64,000 nt of DNA from an uncultured Candidatus Saccharibacteria bacterium (GCA_964623415.1 CAZUUH010000001.1:1305-65304), one strand, 5' to 3'; shown: positions 48,158-61,323, counted from the first letter of the stretch. Translations and numbers: made by a program. The notes: generated by a model from the letters alone, not told the origin.

Positions 48158-48565
48158 ATGTCAAATGTTTCAATTAAAAATATAGCAGAAGCAATATATG
48201 AATCATCTCAAGATAAAAAAGATGAAGATCTTTCTAATATTTTAAAAAATGCTGTAAATTTAATTCACAAAAAACATTTAATCAATAAATCTAGAGAAAT
48301 TCTCTTAGAACTCGATAAAATAATCAATAAAAAAGAGGAAAGAGCAAAAGCAATAATCAGTCTTAAAACAGAAATCGATAAAAATTTACAAGAAGAAATA
48401 GAAGATTTTATAAAAAACAGATATAAAATAAAAAAAGTTACACTTGAATTTAATATAGATAAAAAACTTTTAGGAGGCATGAAGATACAAGTTGGAGACG
48501 AGATAATAGATACCACGTATAAAAATAAACTTAAAAAATTAGAAAATTATCTTATAACTAACTAA
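48158..48565 (+). CDS. atpH: ATP synthase subunit delta (short)
   Basis: [20 protein letters not shown]; operon position. Confidence 0.9.
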   Translation: MSNVSIKNIAEAIYESSQDKKDEDLSNILKNAVNLIHKKHLINKSREILLELDKIINKKEERAKAIISLKTEIDKNLQEEIEDFIKNRYKIKKVTLEFNIDKKLLGGMKIQVGDEIIDTTYKNKLKKLENYLITN

Positions 48566-48573
48566 AAAATATT

Positions 48574-50073
48574 ATGACAAAAAATTACATTGTAGAAAAT
48601 TTAAAAAAACAAATAGAAAATTTTAAAGAAGAAATAAAAGCTGAAAAAATTGGTCATGTTATTGAAGTTTTTGATGGTATCGCAAAAATATCTGGTCTTT
48701 CAGATATAAAATCATCAGAAATGATATCTTTCTTAAATGGTGAAGTTGGGCTTGCATTAAACCTAGAAGAAGATTCTGTTGGTGTTATTATACTTGGAGA
48801 CTACTCAAAGATACATGAAGGTGATGAAGTTAAAGCAACCGGTAAAATACTTTCTGTACCAGTAGCAAATGCTCAGATAGGAAGAGTTTTAAATGCTCTC
48901 GGCGAACCAATTGACGGGAAAGGTAAAATAAAAGAAGAAGAAATAAGACCAATAGAAAAGGTTGCTCCTGGAGTTATAACAAGACTATCCGTTAGTCAAG
49001 CACTACAAACAGGAATAAAAGCTATCGATGCGCTTATCCCTATTGGACGTGGACAACGTGAACTTATCATTGGTGACCGTCAGACGGGTAAAACAGCTAT
49101 CGCAATAGATACTATATTAAACCAAAAAGGACAAGACGTAGTTTGCGTTTATGTTTCAATAGGACAAAAAGATTCCAAACTTCGTAAAATTCAAACAAGA
49201 TTAGAAGAAGGAGGAGCTATGGATTATACTATTATTGTATCTGCTGGGTCATCTGAAAGTGCTGCTTTGTCTTATATAGCACCATATACAGGAGTTTCAA
49301 TTGCTGAATATTTTATGGATCAAGGAAAAGATGTTTTAATAATCTATGATGATTTATCAAAACACGCAGTTGCTTATCGTGAAATATCACTTTTGTTACG
49401 TCGTCCACCAGGTCGCGAAGCTTTTCCAGGAGATGTGTTTTATTTACACTCAAGATTATTAGAAAGAGCTTGCAGAAGGAATAAAGAATATGGAGGTGGA
49501 TCAATAACAGCACTACCCATAATTGAAACACAATCAGGTGATATCTCTGCTTATATTCCAACAAATGTTATATCAATTACAGATGGACAAATATTCCTTG
49601 AAACAGATTTGTTTTATAAAGGAATTCGTCCAGCCGTAAACGTTGGATTTTCTGTATCTCGAGTAGGGTCATCTGCTCAAATAAAAGCAATGAAAAAAGT
49701 TTCTGGAACATTAAAGCTTGATCTAGCTCAATTTCGTGAACTTGAAGCCTTCGCACAATTTGGTTCAGATCTTGATGAAAATACAAAGAAACAACTTGAG
49801 CGAGGTAAAAGAGCGATAGAAATATTAAAACAACCACAATATTCACCAGTTAAAGTTGAAGATCAAGTTGTTATACTTTACGCTTTAACTAAAGGCTATG
49901 TAGACGATGTTTCTATCGATAAAATAAAATCTTTTGAAGAAAATTTAATAGAATATGCAAACAGAAACGCAAAAACTTTTTATGAAGAAATTAATAAAGA
50001 AAAAATGTGGTCAGAAGAAGGAGAAAAAGAGTTAATAAAAATAATAGAAGATTTTAAAAAATCATTTAATTAA
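48574..50073 (+). CDS. atpA: ATP synthase subunit alpha
   Basis: [40 protein letters not shown]. Confidence 0.99.
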   Translation: MTKNYIVENLKKQIENFKEEIKAEKIGHVIEVFDGIAKISGLSDIKSSEMISFLNGEVGLALNLEEDSVGVIILGDYSKIHEGDEVKATGKILSVPVANAQIGRVLNALGEPIDGKGKIKEEEIRPIEKVAPGVITRLSVSQALQTGIKAIDALIPIGRGQRELIIGDRQTGKTAIAIDTILNQKGQDVVCVYVSIGQKDSKLRKIQTRLEEGGAMDYTIIVSAGSSESAALSYIAPYTGVSIAEYFMDQGKDVLIIYDDLSKHAVAYREISLLLRRPPGREAFPGDVFYLHSRLLERACRRNKEYGGGSITALPIIETQSGDISAYIPTNVISITDGQIFLETDLFYKGIRPAVNVGFSVSRVGSSAQIKAMKKVSGTLKLDLAQFRELEAFAQFGSDLDENTKKQLERGKRAIEILKQPQYSPVKVEDQVVILYALTKGYVDDVSIDKIKSFEENLIEYANRNAKTFYEEINKEKMWSEEGEKELIKIIEDFKKSFN

Positions 50074-50075
50074 AT

Positions 50076-52369
<2,294 letters not shown>

Positions 52370-52382
52370 AAAATAAAATAAT

Positions 52383-52826
52383 ATGCAAAAGAAAATAAAA
52401 TTAAAAATAGTTACACCAGAAAAACTTATTTTAGAAGAACTAGTCGATGAGGTTAGTATTCCGACAACCGAAGGGGAAATAACAATATTACCTAATCATA
52501 TACCATTAATCTCAAAAATTTCTTCTGGTGATATTGTTGTTTTAAATAAAGGAGAAATTGTGCCTATTGCTGTTGTTGGAGGTTTACTTGAAGTTAAAAG
52601 AGAAAACGAAGAAACAATTATAACAATTCTAGCTGATTTTGCAGAACATGTATCTTCTATATCTGAAGAAGAAATAGAAAAAGCTAAACAAAGAGCAGAA
52701 GAATTACGTAAACAAAGAGAAAATAAAGAAGTAGTTGATTTTGAGTATTTTGCTGGAGAATTAGAAAGAAATCTAACAAGAATAAAAATAGCAGATAAAT
52801 GGAAAACTAAAAAATATAGAAAATAA
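52383..52826 (+). CDS. atpC: ATP synthase subunit epsilon
   Basis: IVTPE, GEITILPNHIPL, GGLLEV. Confidence 0.95.
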   Translation: MQKKIKLKIVTPEKLILEELVDEVSIPTTEGEITILPNHIPLISKISSGDIVVLNKGEIVPIAVVGGLLEVKRENEETIITILADFAEHVSSISEEEIEKAKQRAEELRKQRENKEVVDFEYFAGELERNLTRIKIADKWKTKKYRK

Positions 52827-52832
52827 AAAATT

Positions 52833-52865
52833 AAACCCCGGCAATATAAGCCGGGGGTATTTTTT
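52833..52865 (+). terminator. Terminator of the atp operon
   Basis: ACCCCGGC-aatataa-GCCGGGGG followed by TATTTTTT. Confidence 0.7.
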
Positions 52866-53331
52866 ATAAAGAAATCTCATCATAAATTTTTCTCCATTGC
52901 ATCTTACTGCAATAAGAAATAAAATTTTTTCCCACACATAAAGAGGAATCATTTGAGAGACATTTAATCTTAAAAGATTCTCCAAAATAATTCCTTACTT
53001 TAATAAAGGTACTTTTTGTCCAGTAAATACCTTTATTAAAATCAAGATTGTTAATATCTGTAACTGAATAGACGATAGGTTCGTCTCTTTCAATTAGAGA
53101 AACAACTCTTCCAGAAATAATAATCTTTTCTGGAATAAATAGCCAATTCAAAAAATTTTTTACCTTTTTGTAACTAAACCGAAAAAATTCAGCTAGATAC
53201 TCAAAGATAAAAACTACACCAGCTACGACTACTCCTATTACAATTAAAATAACTATAATAAGAACAGGAAAATCATCACTTGATGAAGCAACAACCCTGT
53301 TGTTAACTTCATCTAAATTTTTTGTCTCCAT
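52864..53331 (-). CDS. Hypothetical membrane protein
   Basis: 155-aa ORF with one strong TM segment; no recognised motif. Confidence 0.55.
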   Translation of the reverse strand: METKNLDEVNNRVVASSSDDFPVLIIVILIVIGVVVAGVVFIFEYLAEFFRFSYKKVKNFLNWLFIPEKIIISGRVVSLIERDEPIVYSVTDINNLDFNKGIYWTKSTFIKVRNYFGESFKIKCLSNDSSLCVGKNFISYCSKMQWRKIYDEISL

Positions 53332-53378
53332 GGCTTTAAAATTTTATATATTATATAATCTTTTGCCATAATAGTCAA

Positions 53379-53552
53379 CTATCTATATTTTTCACGCCAA
53401 TCATAATCTTCTTCTTCATCATCCTTTTTATCAACAATAGGAGTCCCACAACTTGGGCAAAGTTCATCATAACTACGTAGTCCACACCTTGGACAAATTG
53501 GCTCTTTTTTAACCAAATCACTATTTTCACTATTATTTTCTTCGTAATCCAT
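53379..53552 (-). CDS. CPxCG-type zinc-finger microprotein, 57 aa (not in ORF track)
   Basis: Manual translation MDYEENNSENSDLVKKEPICPRCGLRSYDELCPSCGTPIVDKKDDEEEDYDWREKYR*. Confidence 0.75.
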   Translation of the reverse strand: MDYEENNSENSDLVKKEPICPRCGLRSYDELCPSCGTPIVDKKDDEEEDYDWREKYR

Positions 53553-53615
53553 ATATTTAATTATATATTAAATTATATATTTTTTAAAGATTCCAATTAA
53601 TGATATAATATTGTT

Positions 53616-54416
53616 ATGGAACAAAAAACAACCACAAATATCATAGCAACTATAGGCCCATCTAGTTGCGATAAAGAAACTTTATCACAAATGATAGATC
53701 ACAATATGGATATGGCTCGTTTAAATTTTTCATGGGGTTCATATGAATGGTTCATAGATGTTATTGGTTTGATAAAAGAACTTAGCAAAGAAAAAAATAA
53801 ATATATACCTATAATACAGGATTTATCTGGACCAAGAATCCAAGATGAAAATGGACATTATTTTAATAATGAAAGTAAGGATAAAATAATTACAGAAAAG
53901 GATATAGCTGATTTAGAATTTGGAATAAAAAATAATGTTGATTATATTGCAATGTCTTTTGTAGGTTGTAAAGATGACATTGTAGAACTAAGAAATATTA
54001 TAAAAGAAAAAGGTGGTAAACAAAAAATTATTGCAAAAATAGAAAGGAAAATGGCTGTAGACAATCTATGTGAAATTATACAAGAAGCAGACGCTATAAT
54101 GGTTGCTCGTGGAGATCTTGGTAATGAATTTGCGTTAGAAGAAATACCTTTTATTCAACACAAAATAATACAGGCTTCAAACCTAGCCGATAAGATGGTC
54201 ATCGTAGCAACACAAATGTTGTTATCAATGGTTGAAAACGATAAACCTACAAGAGCTGAAGTTACAGACATTGCTTATGCCATATTAGACGGAGCAGATG
54301 GTATTATGCTATCAGAAGAATCTGCTAAAGGAAAACACCCAGTTCTTGCGATAAAAATAATGGAAAATATTGCAAGATTTGCTGAAAAACATCGCAATAT
54401 TATTAAAATAGATTAA
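53616..54416 (+). CDS. pyk: Pyruvate kinase, minimal (barrel only)
   Basis: IIATIGP, ARLNFS, IIAKIE, IMVARGDLG, ATQMLLSM..PTRAEVTD, DGADGIMLSEE. Confidence 0.88.
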   Translation: MEQKTTTNIIATIGPSSCDKETLSQMIDHNMDMARLNFSWGSYEWFIDVIGLIKELSKEKNKYIPIIQDLSGPRIQDENGHYFNNESKDKIITEKDIADLEFGIKNNVDYIAMSFVGCKDDIVELRNIIKEKGGKQKIIAKIERKMAVDNLCEIIQEADAIMVARGDLGNEFALEEIPFIQHKIIQASNLADKMVIVATQMLLSMVENDKPTRAEVTDIAYAILDGADGIMLSEESAKGKHPVLAIKIMENIARFAEKHRNIIKID

Positions 54417-54422
54417 AATAAA

Positions 54423-55394
54423 ATGACAAAACATATATACATAACAAGAAAAATACCTGAAGTTGGTCTTAATATATTAAAAGAAAAAGGTATATCTTAT
54501 ACTATTGGTAAATTTAAAAAACCACCAACCAAAAAAGATTTAATAATCGAGCTTAAAAAGAAACAGTACGATGGTGTTATTTCTTTTTTAACAGACAAAA
54601 TAGATAAAGATATATTTGATGCATGTAAAACAATAAAAGTTTTTGCGAATTTCGCTGTTGGTTTTAATAATATTGATATAGAAGAAGCAAAAAAGAGAAA
54701 TATAGAAATATCAAATACACCTGGTACATCTGGAACAGCTGTAGCTGAGCACACTGTTGCATTAATGCTTTCATTAACAACAAGATTAGTGGAAGCCGAT
54801 GAATATATGCGCCGTGGTAAATTCAAAGGTTGGGATCCAGATATATTTATAGGTACAGATATGAAGGGCAAGACAATTGGTTTAATCGGAGTAGGGGAGA
54901 TAGGAACAAAAGTTGCAAAAATGCTTCATTATGGATTTGGTTCGAAGGTTATCTATAGTGATATTATAAAAAACGAAGAATTAGAAAAGATTGATGGGGT
55001 AAAAAAAATGGATACAAAAGATGTTCTAAAAAATGCAGATATTGTATCGTTACATGTTCCTTTGTTGCCAAGTACTTATCACCTTATAAACAAAGAAAGT
55101 ATCTCAACTATGAAAAAAACATCTTTCCTTATAAACACATCTCGTGGTCCTGTAGTTGATGAAAAAGCACTGGTTTGGGCTCTTAAAAAAGATATTATTC
55201 GTGGAGCCGGAATTGATGTCTTCGAATTTGAACCAAAATTAGCAAAAGGATTAACTAAATTACCAGATGTCATAATAACACCACATATAGCATCAGCTAG
55301 GCAGTCTGCTCGAGATATGATGTCAGAAATTGCAGTAAAAAATATAATCTCTGCGTTGGAAACAGGCAAAGTAATAAATAGTGTTATAAAATAA
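54423..55394 (+). CDS. D-2-hydroxyacid dehydrogenase (D-glycerate/glyoxylate reductase-like)
   Basis: AVGFNNID, NTPG, GVGEIG, INTSRGPVVDE, DVFEFEP, TPHIAS. Confidence 0.9.
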   Translation: MTKHIYITRKIPEVGLNILKEKGISYTIGKFKKPPTKKDLIIELKKKQYDGVISFLTDKIDKDIFDACKTIKVFANFAVGFNNIDIEEAKKRNIEISNTPGTSGTAVAEHTVALMLSLTTRLVEADEYMRRGKFKGWDPDIFIGTDMKGKTIGLIGVGEIGTKVAKMLHYGFGSKVIYSDIIKNEELEKIDGVKKMDTKDVLKNADIVSLHVPLLPSTYHLINKESISTMKKTSFLINTSRGPVVDEKALVWALKKDIIRGAGIDVFEFEPKLAKGLTKLPDVIITPHIASARQSARDMMSEIAVKNIISALETGKVINSVIK

Positions 55395-55459
55395 GACTTA
55401 TTATAATTGTGTGCAAAACTTGATTGCGTATTAATTATGAAGATAATATAATTAAATAT

Positions 55460-56293
55460 ATGGAAAAAAATAATTTTTTAAAGAAGTTCTATTTTATTAT
55501 AATATTATTATTAATAGTAGTTGGAGTTACTAATTTAGTCGAAGCAAAACAAGCAACAAATTCAATAACCGTCGAAATTGATGAGGATAAGAGTAATCAA
55601 AACAATAAAGAGATTAATCAAAATGAAAACAGAAATAGAGTTCAAACTCTAAAAGATGAAACAAATGATCAAGTAGGAGCTATTAGACAAGAAAGCAAAG
55701 AACGCATACAAGCAATGGTTGAGACAGCCAAGCAAGCTAGATCAGAATTTGTAAATGAAGTTAAAACAATAAGACAAGAAACTCTAACAAAAGCCGAAGA
55801 AGTTAAAGCTCAATTTAGAGAAGGATTAAATAAAATAAAAAACGAAGCAAAGAAAAATTCTACAGAGAAAATAATTAATTCTATAAATGAATTAAATATT
55901 AGATTAACCAAGCAATTATCAGATAAGATAAATCAAATAGAAAATGTAATTGTTGGTATAGAGTCTCGCATTATTAAAGGAGAAGAAAAAGGTCTTGATC
56001 TTGTAAAAGTTAAAGACTTATTAACAAAATCTAAAGGAGAAATATCAAAATCTAAAGATGCTATACTTTTGCAATCTCAAAAAATTTACACAGTAACTAT
56101 TACAGATGAATCAACATTAAAAACTAAAACACAAGAAACTAGAAATCTATTTAAATCAGAAATCAAAATAGCTAGAGACAGTGTTGTTAAGGCTCACGAA
56201 GCAGTTCGTGACGCAGCCATTCTACTTGGAGAAATTTCTGATATAGATGACGAAGAAGCTGAAACTGAAGAAGAAAAAGTAATCGTAGAATAA
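55460..56293 (+). CDS. Exported coiled-coil hypothetical protein
   Basis: Signal/TM segment followed by a long charged helical region; start trimmed to ATG 55460. Confidence 0.65.
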   Translation: MEKNNFLKKFYFIIILLLIVVGVTNLVEAKQATNSITVEIDEDKSNQNNKEINQNENRNRVQTLKDETNDQVGAIRQESKERIQAMVETAKQARSEFVNEVKTIRQETLTKAEEVKAQFREGLNKIKNEAKKNSTEKIINSINELNIRLTKQLSDKINQIENVIVGIESRIIKGEEKGLDLVKVKDLLTKSKGEISKSKDAILLQSQKIYTVTITDESTLKTKTQETRNLFKSEIKIARDSVVKAHEAVRDAAILLGEISDIDDEEAETEEEKVIVE

Positions 56294-56321
56294 TAATTAT
56301 TAATATTAATAAAATAAAAAT

Positions 56322-56588
56322 ATGGAAGAAAATAAAAAAAACAAATCTAATATTTCAATAATAATTATCGTATTGATTGCTTTAATTATACTCATAATAT
56401 TAAAAAATAGTATTTTCAATAAAAATACTAAAGAGATTACAGAAGAACAAATAAATAATGCTAAAATAGAAGAAGCTATACAAAAAGATAACACTGAAGA
56501 CATTAAAAAGAATATTGATGAAATAACAATAGAAGACATAACAGACTTAGAAATGGATTCTATTGATAAAGAAATTGATACCTTGTAA
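56322..56588 (+). CDS. Small membrane-anchored protein with an acidic tail
   Basis: N-terminal TM segment, acidic C-terminus, followed by a terminator. Confidence 0.6.
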   Translation: MEENKKNKSNISIIIIVLIALIILIILKNSIFNKNTKEITEEQINNAKIEEAIQKDNTEDIKKNIDEITIEDITDLEMDSIDKEIDTL

Positions 56589-56604
56589 TTATATAAAGAT
56601 TTAT

Positions 56605-56637
56605 AAACTAAAAGCCGGAATATCCGGTTTTTAGTTT
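56605..56637 (+). terminator. Terminator
   Basis: AAACTAAAAGCCGGA-ata-TCCGGTTTTTAGTTT. Confidence 0.7.
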
Positions 56638-56666
56638 GCTTAAATTAAAAATGTTATAATAAATGT

Positions 56667-57827
56667 ATGGAACCACTTGCTTCAAAAATTAGACCCAAAA
56701 ATCTTAAAGAATTTGTAGGACAAGAACACTTAGTTGGTAAAGATAAACCTCTAAAAATTGCTATCGACAAAAAACATCTTTTTTCTTTTATATTATGGGG
56801 ACCTCCTGGGGTTGGAAAAACAACTTTAGCTAAAATATATGCTCAATCATTAAATGCTGATTATTATGAATTATCAGCTGTTTCTGCTGGTAAAGATGAT
56901 ATAAAAAAGATATTAGATAATTCAGAAAAGAAAGGAACAGGGGAGTTATTTGGCCCTAAAATATTATTTTTAGATGAAATACATAGATTCAACAAAGCCC
57001 AACAAGACTTTCTTTTACCATATGTTGAAAGTGGTAGATTAACCTTAATTGGAGCGACTACGGAGAACCCAAGCTTCGAGGTTATACCTGCTTTACTTTC
57101 TAGGTGTAGAGTTTTTGTACTTAATGAACTAAAAGATAAAGAGATAAAAAAAATTTTAAAAAATACAGGTTATAATCTTGATAGAGATACAACAAATTGG
57201 CTTATATCAATGTCTCTCGGTGATGCAAGACAAGCTATAACAATGATAGAAAACACCATTTCTCTCTATAAAAAAATTACAGTTGAAACATTAAAGAATA
57301 CCTTGCAATCAAAATTCCTTCGTTATGATAAAAAAGGAAGCGAACATCATGATACTATAAGTGCTTTTATTAAAAGTATGCGTGCGTCCCAACCAGACCC
57401 CACATTATACTATTTGTCAAGGATGCTAGAGTCTGGTGAAGATCCAAAATTTATAGCCAGAAGAATGATAATTTTTGCTGCTGAAGATATTGGACTTGCT
57501 CAACCAACAGCTCAAGTCGTTGCAAATGGTGTATTTAGAGCTGTAGAGGTCGTAGGAATGCCTGAATGTGCAGAAAATCTAGCCTTTGGTTCTGTATACT
57601 TAGCTTTAGCCAAGAAAGACCGTAGTTCTTATAATGCATATCTTAAAGCAAAGGAAGATGTCGTAAGATATGGGAATCTACCTATACCAATGTCTATAAG
57701 AAATGCACCTACAAAATTAATGAAGGATTTAGGATATGGGGAGGGCTATGATAAATACACAAGTAAAAACCTAATGCCAGATAAATTAAAGGGAAGAAAA
57801 TATTTTAAATATAATAAAGTGTCGTAA
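56667..57827 (+). CDS. rarA: Replication-associated recombination protein A (MgsA/RarA)
   Basis: WGPPGVGKTT, DEIHRFNKAQQD, GATTENP, ISAFIKSMR, RNAPTKLMK. Confidence 0.96.
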   Translation: MEPLASKIRPKNLKEFVGQEHLVGKDKPLKIAIDKKHLFSFILWGPPGVGKTTLAKIYAQSLNADYYELSAVSAGKDDIKKILDNSEKKGTGELFGPKILFLDEIHRFNKAQQDFLLPYVESGRLTLIGATTENPSFEVIPALLSRCRVFVLNELKDKEIKKILKNTGYNLDRDTTNWLISMSLGDARQAITMIENTISLYKKITVETLKNTLQSKFLRYDKKGSEHHDTISAFIKSMRASQPDPTLYYLSRMLESGEDPKFIARRMIIFAAEDIGLAQPTAQVVANGVFRAVEVVGMPECAENLAFGSVYLALAKKDRSSYNAYLKAKEDVVRYGNLPIPMSIRNAPTKLMKDLGYGEGYDKYTSKNLMPDKLKGRKYFKYNKVS

Positions 57828-57969
57828 AATTGGATTGTGTGTACATTAATTTTTAATTTTTAAGTAAATTAATGACGCAAAAGATATATTGTGCGACGTT
57901 ATTATATAAAAATTATCTATAAGAATATACAGCTTTTACTACTTCCCTAAGTTGTAATTCCCAAATAAA

Positions 57970-58839
57970 TTATTTGTAACTAGATACACAAGCATTAAAA
58001 GAATTAACTTGTTTATTATATAAATTTATTTTTTCTTTTGTTTCTTTAATTAAATTATTATATAAATCAATATCATTATTATATTCTTTTATCTCTGATC
58101 TTTTAGATCTACCCCTTTCTATATCCTTCTCAAGAATAATCCTTTTTGTAGATAATTCATTTTCAAGTAATTCTATCTTATTTCTATCCTCATATATCAA
58201 ATTATGCAAATTTTCATCAATCTTTGGACAAACACCCCTTAAAACACCAAAATGTTGTACAGCCATCCAGACATTTTTACCCTCAAAAACTCCCTTAGAA
58301 ACCGCTACCCCAATTTCTCTATATTTATCATTTAAGATATTTGCTCGATGCCCAGGACTATTCATCCATGCTTCTACGAGAGCTTCTTCATTTTTAAAAT
58401 TACCCATTGCTAAGTTTTCACCAACTATAATATATTCATAATTATAAAAATCAGCTAAATTCGTAACACCAAAATTATCTGGAGAGATATGGTCAAAATA
58501 TTGTTCACTAAACATATCTCTTATTTTTTCTTCAGCCATCTTATCGAGTAAAATATTCTCTGTTAAAGAATTTTTTATCCCATTTTTTTCTCTATAAATA
58601 TTAGTTAAATTTATAACCTTTATCTTATCTAAAAATATATCCTTACTATTAATATACCTATCATCAGTAACTCTAAGTGGGCCAGATAGATCTACTTTAC
58701 TATCAGAAACAAGTTCTTCTCCCCCGTTCAAACTTTTTATTTCTTTTATATCTTTATTTATAAAATTGTTTCTAATAATAAAAAAAGACAATAGAACGAA
58801 AAAAGATATTAATGTTATATAAAAATTTTTATTACTCAT
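57970..58839 (-). CDS. CAP (SCP) domain protein with a C-terminal coiled coil
   Basis: YFDHISP, GENLAMG, WMNSPGHRANIL, VQHFG. Confidence 0.88.
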   Translation of the reverse strand: MSNKNFYITLISFFVLLSFFIIRNNFINKDIKEIKSLNGGEELVSDSKVDLSGPLRVTDDRYINSKDIFLDKIKVINLTNIYREKNGIKNSLTENILLDKMAEEKIRDMFSEQYFDHISPDNFGVTNLADFYNYEYIIVGENLAMGNFKNEEALVEAWMNSPGHRANILNDKYREIGVAVSKGVFEGKNVWMAVQHFGVLRGVCPKIDENLHNLIYEDRNKIELLENELSTKRIILEKDIERGRSKRSEIKEYNNDIDLYNNLIKETKEKINLYNKQVNSFNACVSSYK

Positions 58840-58844
58840 TTTAT

Positions 58845-59222
58845 TTATTCTTTACAAGAAGAAGATAAACTTAAACCATATTTCTCTGCATCCTCTTTAC
58901 TAGCAAACCAAATCTTATTCTCTTCTTTTATCCGACTAGATAAAGCACAAGAAATACTATAATATAATTTACCGTTTTTCGAAGCAACATATTTCTTTGC
59001 CTTATTGTCTATAACTTCAGATGAAATATCATTATTAATGTCTACTATGCTATAAAAACCATTGTCTTCTCTATATTCTGGTATTTTATCTTTTAAAACA
59101 GATAATTTTCCTAAGAAAAAGGAAATTAACCCAACTAAAATAATTATAAATACATAAATAATGGTTTCTCTTTCTTTAATTATCAATCTATTGATTTTAT
59201 TAATAAAATTGGTTATAATCAT
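58845..59222 (-). CDS. Membrane protein with a C-terminal Ada metal-binding-like domain
   Basis: TM segment, then YVASKNGKLYYSISC...IKEENKIWFAS.EDAEKYG...C. Confidence 0.6.
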   Translation of the reverse strand: MIITNFINKINRLIIKERETIIYVFIIILVGLISFFLGKLSVLKDKIPEYREDNGFYSIVDINNDISSEVIDNKAKKYVASKNGKLYYSISCALSSRIKEENKIWFASKEDAEKYGLSLSSSCKE

Positions 59223-59274
59223 ACTTACTTGATTATAAATAATAAATTAGTTAATAGCTAGTAAATAACATTAT

Positions 59275-59547
59275 ATGGCACATAGGAAAGCCGGCGGAAC
59301 GGCGAAAAACTTAAGAGATTCCCAACCAAAATATTTAGGAACAAAACTTTATGCTGGAGAAAAAGCTAAGGCTGGTTCTGTTATTGTTCGCCAACGTGGA
59401 ACAAAAATCTTACCTGGTAATAACGTAGGTCTTGGTAAAGACCATACACTTTTTGCCCTAAAAGAAGGTACAGTTAAATTTGGAACAAAAAGAAAGGTTA
59501 ATTTCAATAAAACAACTTCTGTTAAAAAAGTAGTTAACATAATCTAA
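59275..59547 (+). CDS. rpmA: 50S ribosomal protein L27
   Basis: [23 protein letters not shown]. Confidence 0.97.
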   Translation: MAHRKAGGTAKNLRDSQPKYLGTKLYAGEKAKAGSVIVRQRGTKILPGNNVGLGKDHTLFALKEGTVKFGTKRKVNFNKTTSVKKVVNII

Positions 59548-59583
59548 ATTAAAAATCCTCATCAATTGATGAGGATTTTTAAT
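59548..59583. terminator. Bidirectional terminator between rpmA and rplI
   Basis: ATTAAAAATCCTCATCAATTGATGAGGATTTTTAAT, a perfect palindrome between convergent genes. Confidence 0.75.
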
Positions 59584-59595
59584 AATACTTTAAAT

Positions 59596-60036
59596 TTAAA
59601 TAGCTTCTACTATAACTTCACACTCCCCTTTCATATCGCCTTTTTTGATTAAAACCTTGTGTGATCCAATATTTTTTATATTTTCCATTATAAGAGATTT
59701 TTCTTCTATCTCAATACCCGTATCTTTTTTTATAGCATCTATAATATCTTTTTGAGAAACAGCTTTAAATAAATGCCCCTTTTCATTAGTTTTAGCTTTT
59801 ATAACAACAGATTTATTGTTAATAGAAGAAACTAGTTCTTTAAAAATTTTAATTTCTTCTTGTCTTTTTCTTTCCATCTTATTCTTCATATCATTAAGCT
59901 TTGCAAGCTCATTTTTAGTAGCAAGAATAGCAAGACCTTTTGATATAAGAACATTCTCAGCATATCCATCTTTAAAATCTTTAACATCATACCTATTCCC
60001 GACCTTGGGAATATCAGTAAGTAAAATAACTTTCAT
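59596..60036 (-). CDS. rplI: 50S ribosomal protein L9
   Basis: MKVILL.D..VG, KDGYAEN.L, GHLFKAVS. Confidence 0.93.
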   Translation of the reverse strand: MKVILLTDIPKVGNRYDVKDFKDGYAENVLISKGLAILATKNELAKLNDMKNKMERKRQEEIKIFKELVSSINNKSVVIKAKTNEKGHLFKAVSQKDIIDAIKKDTGIEIEEKSLIMENIKNIGSHKVLIKKGDMKGECEVIVEAI

Positions 60037-60045
60037 AAAAATTTA

Positions 60046-61323
60046 TTATTTAGCTAATAAAATTTCGACAGCTTTTTCTAATTGAGGATCTAATTTATTT
60101 TTAATATCATTTTCTGTAATAATAACTTTATAATCTGGTTCGAGACCTTGCAATGAAATAGAATTACCATTTGGAGTTAGCCAATTTGCTACTGTTACTT
60201 TTATAGAAGTATCCTCGGTAATTTTTACAAGTTCTTGGACAGAACCCTTACCGTAAGTTTTATCTCCCACAAGAGTAGCTACTCCATGCTCACGTAAAGC
60301 ACCAGCTAATATCTCTGAAGCAGAAGCTGATCCTCCATCTACCAATACAACAATACCTAAGTTTTTGTTAAACAATCTTGGACCACGGCTTCTATATATT
60401 TTATCTTTTCTTACATCTCCAAAATCTTCTTTTAGAATAGTTTCTCCTTCATCTATAAACCAAGAACCTATAGTAACTGCTGCCTCTAAATATCCACCGG
60501 GGTTACCTCTTAAATCAATAATTAATTTATTAGATTTTGACTTAATAAATTCAACAAGAGCATCCCTAAACAATGAAGGTGAATTTTCTGAAAAACTATA
60601 CAAACTTATTACAAACACGCCATCATTTCTTAATTTTGCATCAATTGTTGGTATCTGAACTCTATCTCTTGTAATAGATATTTCTCTTGTTTTATTCTCC
60701 CCTACACGAACAATAGTAAGTACGACAGTAGTTCCTCTTGGTCCACGAATAAGTTCCACTGCTTTATTCTCAGAAATATTTTCAGTTGAAATATTATCTA
60801 TTTTTAAAACCTTATCTCCAGGTTTCAAACCAGCATTCCAAGCTGGAGTGTCTTTAAGTGGAGCTATTATAGTTAAAACCTTATCTTTTATTCCAATTTC
60901 TGCTCCAATACCCTCAAATGAGCCTAAGACCTCTTCTTTAAATGCCTTATCTTCTTCAGGTGGAAAGAAAACTGTGTAGGGATCATTTAAAGATGAAGCG
61001 AGCCCAGATATTGCTCCCCAAATTCTTTCATCGTCAGAAGTTTTGTCGCTATAGATAGATTTTTCATTAAGAACATTCCAAGCTTTCCAAAAAATACTAA
61101 AGTCTGCTGTTGTGTTGGTTTGTGGTTGTTTATTAATTACAGAACCAACCTTATCTATATCTGATCGATGGTAATAACCTATATAAATACCAATACTTAA
61201 AATAGCTCCAATTATAACAAGTGAAGTTAAAACATAAATAACTAAATTAGATAATTTAAACTTTTTTAAACTTGAAAAAAAATTTTTATTAATATTAAAT
61301 ATTTTTATTTTTGAAATTTTCAT
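60046..61323 (-). CDS. S41 C-terminal processing peptidase with a PDZ domain
   Basis: DPYT, FEGIGAEI, DLRGNPGG, SASASEI, TYGKGSVQ. Confidence 0.93.
   Translation of the reverse strand: MKISKIKIFNINKNFFSSLKKFKLSNLVIYVLTSLVIIGAILSIGIYIGYYHRSDIDKVGSVINKQPQTNTTADFSIFWKAWNVLNEKSIYSDKTSDDERIWGAISGLASSLNDPYTVFFPPEEDKAFKEEVLGSFEGIGAEIGIKDKVLTIIAPLKDTPAWNAGLKPGDKVLKIDNISTENISENKAVELIRGPRGTTVVLTIVRVGENKTREISITRDRVQIPTIDAKLRNDGVFVISLYSFSENSPSLFRDALVEFIKSKSNKLIIDLRGNPGGYLEAAVTIGSWFIDEGETILKEDFGDVRKDKIYRSRGPRLFNKNLGIVVLVDGGSASASEILAGALREHGVATLVGDKTYGKGSVQELVKITEDTSIKVTVANWLTPNGNSISLQGLEPDYKVIITENDIKNKLDPQLEKAVEILLAK

Noticed and set aside
57872-57899. dif-like 11-6-11 site (ATGACGCAAAA-GATATA-TTGTGCGACGT) after rarA
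   Set aside because: The right arm does not match the XerD consensus TTATGTTAAAT and the symmetry is weak.
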